Source: Bacillota bacterium (GTDB lineage Bacteria; Bacillota; Desulfotomaculia; Desulfotomaculales; Desulfocucumaceae). From it: a stretch of DNA of 32,000 nucleotides. Shown here one piece after another: positions 26,434 to 32,000 of the stretch; the stretch's first letter is position 1; every line of letters begins with the position of its first letter. Location: positions 39,232 through 71,231 of the forward strand of contig JBMOPD010000007.1 of the NCBI GenBank assembly GCA_049323615.1, given 5' to 3'. The notes under the pieces were generated by a model. It saw nothing but the letters and a program-made list of their open reading frames with translations, did not search any database and was not told the DNA's origin. Both the position numbers and the translations under genes were made by a program.

Positions 26434-27044
26434 TTATTTAACCGTACGGTTGATACGGTAGTAGCGGCTGCCCTCCCTGGCCATCCGGTCAACAAGAGAG
26501 GAAGGATTTCTCCCGGCGATCACCTGGAGATGAGGGTGAATCATCGACCCGCCGGCATAGGGCATGTAGTTCCAGTTAACCGTCCCGTAGCGGGCGTTGT
26601 CCGGGTCTTTACGGGCGGCTATCCGCAGGAATTCCAGTGCGGCACTGAGGCTTTGCTCCAGCATTGCCGGTGTCATTTCCCCCATGCCGACAAAATGGTC
26701 CGGGCCCATCACCACAACCCCGTTGTATGATTCGTACACACTGAGGTTGGGTACCACCACCGCCTGACCCGACCGGAGCCTGCCGGTGGGGATAAATTCC
26801 TCCAAAAACCGGGGCGTTGTATTTTCTATATTTTCCGGGCAAAAGGGACAAAGGCGGCTGTCGTATCCGGCCACAAAGGGTCTCCAGTCATGCCTGTCCA
26901 GCTTAAACGTCTTGGAATGAAAAATCCGTGACAGCTGGCTGGCGGGTCATACCTGATCTCGCTGTGGAATTGGGTAATCTCAAAATTATCCCTGGGGTTA
27001 TGAAATACAGATTTTACTATACTCCTTTTGAAGTTGAACTTCAT
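26434..27044 (-). pseudogene. GalT-like (galactose-1-phosphate uridylyltransferase family) remnant, frameshifted and C-terminally truncated
   Basis: N-terminal MKFNFKRSIVKSVFHNPRDNFEITQFHSEIRYDP in one frame, continuing in another as SRIFHSKTFKLDRHDWRPFVAGYDSRLCPFCPENIENTTPRF... NWNYMPYAGGSMIHPHLQVIAG... RYYRINRTVK*; frame change near 26935-26945. Confidence 0.75.
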
Positions 27045-27365
27045 GAAACCCTCCTTCACATTTTAATACCGGAAAATAAAGTTAGTGTTTTGTATTAATT
27101 GTAACAAGGAAAAATAAAAAACCCTGTCGAAAGGGTTTCGGCCAAAGATTATATTCTCTTATTTTTTGTTTTCAGCCCCGGGGCGAAATACATCTGGTAA
27201 CTCCAAAAGCGGTTTAATCTCCACAGCAACCACCCGGTAAGATAATACCACCTTTTTCCCTGCCTATTTTATCAAAAAATAAATAGATAACACAGCGCCC
27301 TGGGGGATTGTAAAAGGATCCGGCATCCCTGCATAGAATAAATTATCTATAAAGGAGAGGTTGAC

Positions 27366-27707
27366 ATGAAGTGGCTTTTATTCCTGGCTATAAACGCGGC
27401 GGCCCTCCTGGCGGCCGACTGGGTGCTGGCCGGCATCCATATCTCCGGGTTGATCCCGGCACTAATCGCGGCCTTTGCCCTGGGGGTGGTGAACACCCTG
27501 ATCAGGCCGGTGCTGGTGCTGATTACCCTCCCCATCACCGTTGTCACCCTGGGGCTTTTTATCTTTGTGGTCAACGCCCTGTCCTTCGCCCTGGCGGCAT
27601 TCCTGGTCCCCGGCTTCCACGTGTACAGCTTCGGGGGGGCCTTCTGGGGAGCCATAATCACCAGCCTGGTCAGCTGGGCCCTCAGCCGGCTGGCCGAGTC
27701 AAAATAA
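27366..27707 (+). CDS. YvlD/phage-holin-4_2-like small membrane protein
   Basis: 113 aa; MKWLLFLAINAAALLAADWVLAGIHISG... FALGVVNTLIRPVLVLITLPITVVTLGLFIFVVNALSFALAAFLVPGFHVYSFGGAFWGAIITSLV; RBS AAGGAGAG. Confidence 0.88.
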   Translation: MKWLLFLAINAAALLAADWVLAGIHISGLIPALIAAFALGVVNTLIRPVLVLITLPITVVTLGLFIFVVNALSFALAAFLVPGFHVYSFGGAFWGAIITSLVSWALSRLAESK

Positions 27708-27831
27708 CTGATCAATTAAAAATTGCCCTTGGCGCTGAGGCCGGGTACCCCGGCTTCTTCCATTTGAAATATTAATTGACATACTAAACGCCCAAACCGC
27801 CGGGAAACATAGTTTTCAAGGGGGTGGAAAA

Positions 27832-27972
27832 TTGAAAAAGGAAAAAAAGGAAATTAACAAGACGCCCATGACCACCAAGACCGGCGGCAAAGACGACAAG
27901 TCCCCGTCCACCATCAAGGAACCCCCGTACCACGACCTGCCCATCGACCTGACCGGGCCGGTGCGGGGGTGA
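27832..27972 (+). CDS. Possible 46-aa hydrophilic small protein (TTG start)
   Basis: MKKEKKEINKTPMTTKTGGKDDKSPSTIKEPPYHDLPIDLTGPVRG*; GGGGTGG site upstream; not in the supplied ORF track. Confidence 0.35.
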   Translation: MKKEKKEINKTPMTTKTGGKDDKSPSTIKEPPYHDLPIDLTGPVRG

Positions 27973-28265
27973 TAGTTCCAGATTATAAACCCACCGGTAC
28001 GGTGGGTTTATATGTTTTGGCACAGGCAGTATAATTCAAAATATTTAATCTCTGCTGCATTAAGAAAAAGACCTGGAAAATTGGCTGGAGGAGATGCCGG
28101 AGATTCAAAACAAGTACTGGAAAAATGCTGGTGGGAAAAGGGCCCCGGATTGAATAGGGGTCCTGTGTTTTTTGTTGGATTGTTATGTCAGAAAAAAGGA
28201 ATATTCCACCAGATATAGAAAGGGATTAATGTGAATCCTTAAAGAAGTTAGCGGAGGGAACAAAA

Positions 28266-29840
28266 TTGGCCCCGTCCTTACTTATGCAATACCAGCAGCT
28301 GGGCAAGCTGGAATCGCTGTGCATCGCCTTTTTCGACCTGGTGGATTCAACCTACCTTAAAAAGAAATTGGGCCAGACCCGGGGAGTGGACCTGGCGGTA
28401 AGCCACAACAGGCTGGCGGCCGGTATCTGCCAGCAATTCAGGGGCAGGGTGGTCAAGCATATCGGAGATTCCATAATGGTGGTCTTCGATACCCCCCTGG
28501 AGGGCATGCTGGCCGCCCTGGAATTTATAAGCTCGATAAACAAGGACCGGTTGCCCTTCCGCACCAAGGCGGGGCTGACTCACGGCATCGTCACCCGGGT
28601 GGATATTGACGGCGCCGATTACCTCGGGCAGGCGGTGGACCGCAGCGCCCGCCTGACCGGCCAGGCCCTGCCCAACCAGGTGCTGACGGATGAAACGACC
28701 ATGGACATAATCAAGCCCTTCATGGGGGATTTCAGCCAGATAATCTCCCGCTTCCTCGGAGTGCGTGATTTAAAGGGGATTGGCAAAGTTCCGGTCTACG
28801 AGGTGGCCCCGGCGGACTCCGGCTTTATCAACGAGGACGACCCGGTTGTGGAAGTGCAGGTGGGGTCCCCGGAGCCCGTAAAAAGCAGGCCGGCGCCAGC
28901 AGCCGCTTCCGATGCCCGGCTCCGGCTGCCGCCGCTGGCGGTGCCGCAGCCGGCCGGGCCGCTGGTGGTTGATGAGCCGCTGGGAAAAGTACTGGAATGC
29001 TGTACAATGTCCAGGGCCGAATTGGACTCGGTGGCCATCGGCTACCAGAACCTCAGCCACCTGCTGGAAAAGGCCCACGATATGCATATCCGCCAGGTGG
29101 TCTTAAGCGGGTCCTTTGCCCGGGGAACCATGGTCCGGCCGCTGGCGCCGGTTGACGTGATTGCGGTGATGGCACCCCCGGCGGACCAGCAGCAGGGGGT
29201 TAAGGAGACCTTACAGCATCTGGATCAGTATTTATCCAGGGTATACCCCGGTTCCACGTCCATTCAATCAGAGCGGTGCGTCAACCTCTCCATGGAGGGG
29301 ATAGAGTTTTCGGTTATCCCGGTTTTGGCCGTGATTGAAAACGGGCAGGGCCGGCTGCTGACCCCCAGCCAGTCGGGAGGATTCTGGGTGCCCCGCAACC
29401 CGGCGCTGCCCGAGCAGTGGCTGGAACAGGCGGTGAAACGCAACGGGCCCGTCTTTTTACCCTTCCTGCTGCTGATCAAGGCGTGGCAGAGGATTAATTG
29501 CAATTACATCAATTCTTTCCACCTGGAATTGCTTACTGATTTGATTGCCTCCCAAACCGGCCTGGAATTGTCCTTTGCATCGCTACACCAGTGGTTTCAG
29601 TATGCATACCAGTACCTGAGCCAAAATAAAAAGCCTTTTATCAAGGAACCCGGCCAGTCAAATCTATACATCGATGACTACATGTATGCCAACAGCCTGA
29701 CTTTCAACAGGTTCAGCCGCATACTGACCGAGTCCTACAACCTGGCCAGGCAGGGCATTGCCTATCTTAAAGCCGGGGAGCCCAAAACAGCCATGACCAG
29801 GTGGAAAGCGCTGTTTGGGCCGTATATGGAGGAGGTGTAG
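28266..29840 (+). CDS. Class III adenylate/guanylate cyclase domain fused to a CD-NTase/OAS-like nucleotidyltransferase fold
   Basis: 524 aa, TTG start with GCGGAGGG upstream. N-terminal CIAFFDLVDSTYLKKK... GRVVKHIGDSIMVVF... FRTKAGLTHG... GADYLGQAVDRSARLTG; C-terminal VVLSGSFARGTMVRPLAPVDVIAVM... GIEFSVIPVLAV... FLLLIKAWQRINCNYINSFHLELLTDLI... YLKAGEPKTAMTRWKALFGPYME. Confidence 0.8.
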   Translation: MAPSLLMQYQQLGKLESLCIAFFDLVDSTYLKKKLGQTRGVDLAVSHNRLAAGICQQFRGRVVKHIGDSIMVVFDTPLEGMLAALEFISSINKDRLPFRTKAGLTHGIVTRVDIDGADYLGQAVDRSARLTGQALPNQVLTDETTMDIIKPFMGDFSQIISRFLGVRDLKGIGKVPVYEVAPADSGFINEDDPVVEVQVGSPEPVKSRPAPAAASDARLRLPPLAVPQPAGPLVVDEPLGKVLECCTMSRAELDSVAIGYQNLSHLLEKAHDMHIRQVVLSGSFARGTMVRPLAPVDVIAVMAPPADQQQGVKETLQHLDQYLSRVYPGSTSIQSERCVNLSMEGIEFSVIPVLAVIENGQGRLLTPSQSGGFWVPRNPALPEQWLEQAVKRNGPVFLPFLLLIKAWQRINCNYINSFHLELLTDLIASQTGLELSFASLHQWFQYAYQYLSQNKKPFIKEPGQSNLYIDDYMYANSLTFNRFSRILTESYNLARQGIAYLKAGEPKTAMTRWKALFGPYMEEV

Positions 29841-29852
29841 GCGGGACAGGGA

Positions 29853-31346
29853 TTAGGGGTTGGAGGTCAGGGCCAGGGGGAGTATAATGGCGAATATGCT
29901 GCCCGCCCCCACGGCGCTGGCCAGTTCTATCCGCCCTCCGTGTTTTTGCACGATCCACTGGGCAATGGACAGTCCCAGCCCGGAGCCGCTCCTGCCCCGG
30001 GCGGCCGTTCCCCTGTAAAAGCGCTTGAATATTTCCGGCCTGTCCTCCTCCGGGATACCCGGCCCGGTATCTTTTACGTATATGGCCACCTGCCCCGGTT
30101 CCACCCGGATCGGTCCAATGCCCCCGGTGGAACCTGGTTGCCCTTCTCCGATCACGCTTTCCCCCAGGGCTACGCCCAGGCATATTTCACCCTCCTCCGG
30201 GGTATACTTGACGGCGTTGTCAACCAGTATGCTGACGGCCTGTACCATCAAATCGGGGTTTACATCCACCTTCAGGTCTTCAGCAAGCCCGCTTGTACCC
30301 TCCGTCCGTATCTCCCTGCCGGTAAGAAACTTCAGCCCGCCGGATACCCGGCCCATCAGTTCAGGCAGCGGCACCAGGCCGGTTTCTATACCCTGGCCGG
30401 CATCCGCCCTGGCCAGGTACAGCAGGTTGGACACCAGGCCGGTCAGCCTCTCGGCCTCCCCGGCGATGTCGGCCAGGGCCTCGGCCCTGGTGGCGGGGTC
30501 CCGGTCACCCATCCTGATCAGCAGTTCGGCATTTCCCCTGATGGTGGTCAGCGGTGTGCGCAGCTCATGGGATGCGTCGGCCACAAAGCGCCTCTGGGCC
30601 TCGTTTATTTCCTCCAGCCTGCTGTACAGGTTTTCCAGCCTTTCCAGCATCCCGTTGAGGGTCTCCACCAGTTTGTACAGTTCGTCCCTCGGCCCCCGGT
30701 ACTGGATGCGCCTTTTTAAATCACTGCCCTGCTGAATTGAAGCCGCCGCTTCAATGATCTTTTCCACGGGCTTAAAGGCCGCCCCGGCCAGGGACCAGCC
30801 CAGAAATCCGGCGGCCAGAACGGTCACCAGGCCGCCCAGCAATATCATCAGCCTCAGGCGGCTCAACACCGTTTCCACCTGGAAAAGGGACCGCCCCACC
30901 TGCAGGATGCCGATCAGCTGCCCGTCCAGGATCAGGGGGTAATTATAGATCCTGATTACCTGCCGGCCGTAGCGGACATTCTCGTAAAACTCCCTTCCGG
31001 CGGCCGCAGTCCGGAGGGTGTCCTCACTCATGGGCAGGAACTGGAGGCCCAGGTTGCCCGACCTGGTAACCAGCCTCCCCCCGGCGTCCAGCACCTGGAG
31101 GTATGTTCCCGGAGAAGAGAATACATCAACATCGGGCAAAATGACCTCACGCAGGTCAAAGGAAGCCCTGGAAATTTTAGTGGACTTTACCACCGAGGCG
31201 GCCATGGTGGAAATGCTGCGGTCAACCTCGGCGCGCAAGATCCCGTACATTGTAAAATAGACGATAAAGCCGAAGATCGCCAGGGTCAGCCCCAGCACCA
31301 CGGTATAAAGAAAGGTCAGCCTCAGCCGTACGGACATTTCTTTCAC
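29853..31346 (-). CDS. Sensor histidine kinase (2 TM, HAMP, HisKA, HATPase_c)
   Basis: 497 aa; RRFVADASHELRTPLTTIRGNAELL H-box; NPDLMVQAVSILVDNAVKYTPEEG; VKDTGPGIPEEDRPEIFKRFYRG; GSGLGLSIAQWIVQKHGG. Confidence 0.95.
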   Translation of the reverse strand: MKEMSVRLRLTFLYTVVLGLTLAIFGFIVYFTMYGILRAEVDRSISTMAASVVKSTKISRASFDLREVILPDVDVFSSPGTYLQVLDAGGRLVTRSGNLGLQFLPMSEDTLRTAAAGREFYENVRYGRQVIRIYNYPLILDGQLIGILQVGRSLFQVETVLSRLRLMILLGGLVTVLAAGFLGWSLAGAAFKPVEKIIEAAASIQQGSDLKRRIQYRGPRDELYKLVETLNGMLERLENLYSRLEEINEAQRRFVADASHELRTPLTTIRGNAELLIRMGDRDPATRAEALADIAGEAERLTGLVSNLLYLARADAGQGIETGLVPLPELMGRVSGGLKFLTGREIRTEGTSGLAEDLKVDVNPDLMVQAVSILVDNAVKYTPEEGEICLGVALGESVIGEGQPGSTGGIGPIRVEPGQVAIYVKDTGPGIPEEDRPEIFKRFYRGTAARGRSGSGLGLSIAQWIVQKHGGRIELASAVGAGSIFAIILPLALTSNP

Positions 31347-31370
31347 ACCTTACCGCATTGAATTCATGAT

Positions 31371-31412
<42 letters not shown>

Positions 31413-31507
31413 AAAATAACCAATTCCTTGCCGAAGTGTACGGAGGGGGGAGGACCTTTCAGGCCGGGCAATAAATAGTCGCAAGTCGTCTGACGTCGGA
31501 CTTCGGA

Positions 31508-31542
31508 ACTGAAGACTGAAGACTGATGACCGACGACCAATT
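31508..31542. repeat. Heptamer array ACTGAAG ACTGAAG ACTGATG ACCGACG ACCAATT
   Basis: Degenerating 7-nt period read directly. Confidence 0.75.
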
Positions 31543-31608
31543 TAACGCACCCCCGGCCACAGATTTTCATTATCTGTGGTGCCGTATTTATACGGCATGA
31601 GGGTCTGA

Positions 31609-31636
31609 ATTCTGGATTCTGGATTCTGGATTCTGA
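31609..31636. repeat. Heptamer array (ATTCTGG)x3-ATTCTGA abutting the response-regulator stop codon
   Basis: Four consecutive 7-nt units read directly. Confidence 0.95.
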
Positions 31637-31638
31637 CC

Positions 31639-32000
31639 CTAGGGCATTTCTTTTAAGACATAGCCAACCCCCCGGACGGTATGTAGCAGCCTTCTTTCTC
31701 CGCCCTCTTCCAGCTTCTGCCTGATCATGCCCACGTATACCTCCAGCACGTTTGACTCGCCGCTGTAGTCGTACCCCCATACCCTGTCCATCAGCGTGTC
31801 CCTGGTCAGCACCTGTCTGGGGTGCTCCATGAAAATCAGCAGCATGTCAAATTCCCTGGCCGTCAGCCGTATTTCCCGCTCTCCCCTGAATACCTCCCGG
31901 GTCCCGGTGTCCAGGGTCAGATCCGCAAAGGATAATCTGCGCTTCCCCTCTGCGGCGGGTTTCTGGCGGCGCAGCAGGGCCCTTACCCTGGCCAAAAACT
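31639..32000 (-). CDS. OmpR/PhoB-family response regulator, C-terminal part, running off the right edge
   Basis: Winged-helix LSFADLTLDTGTREVFRGEREIRLTAREFDMLLIFMEHPRQVLTRDTLMDRVWGYDYSGESNVLEVYVGMIRQKLEEGGERRLLHTVRGVGYVLKEMP*. Confidence 0.93.
   Translation of the reverse strand, partial: FLARVRALLRRQKPAAEGKRRLSFADLTLDTGTREVFRGEREIRLTAREFDMLLIFMEHPRQVLTRDTLMDRVWGYDYSGESNVLEVYVGMIRQKLEEGGERRLLHTVRGVGYVLKEMP

Noticed and set aside
27283-27350. 8-bp inverted repeat ATAGATAA/TTATCTAT upstream of the YvlD-like gene
   Set aside because: Arms are short and 52 nt apart in AT-rich DNA; expected by chance.
27366-27707. Treating the holin-4_2-like gene as evidence of a prophage
   Set aside because: This family is a common chromosomal small membrane protein; no other phage genes are nearby.
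27366-29840. Calling the fusion locus a CBASS or Pycsar anti-phage system
   Set aside because: No recognisable effector, Cap2/Cap3 or CARF/SAVED-type partner is present, and the NTase acidic residues look degraded; only a testable hypothesis is offered.

Overview
The window is GC-rich, Gram-positive-like DNA and looks like Peptococcaceae/Pelotomaculum on gene content (inference only). Most genes are on the minus strand. Read right to left on that strand, the main modules are: (1) a response-regulator fragment and a histidine kinase; (2) on the plus strand, a 524-aa protein that appears to fuse a class III nucleotidyl cyclase to a CD-NTase/OAS-like nucleotidyltransferase fold with degraded acidic motifs, which is the most unusual protein here; (3) a frameshifted, truncated GalT-like remnant; (4) a 10.5-kb putative anaerobic phenol/aromatic cluster: a regulator with a DmpR/MopR-type XylR_N-V4R sensor on a PucR-type output instead of the AAA+/sigma54 module, phenylphosphate-synthase-like PpsA/PpsB, UbiD, a Tm-1-like protein, an aryl-AMP/CoA ligase and UbiX; (5) an AcuC-like deacetylase, a PP-loop TtcA-like protein, a free-standing archaeal-type ThrRS editing domain, a fused ADP-forming acyl-CoA synthetase and a Pta-like BioD/DRTGG protein; (6) an efflux region with one RND pump, one DHA2 MFS pump and three adaptors. 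The efflux region is served by two nearly identical promoters 4.6 kb apart, each TTGACA-N17-TATACT with a conserved downstream AACAATGT. A dispersed family of 7-bp-period intergenic repeats based on CAGnnnn recurs at five or more places, and one copy encodes the C-terminal tail of UbiX. All domain and family assignments are by reading the sequence; no database search was run.
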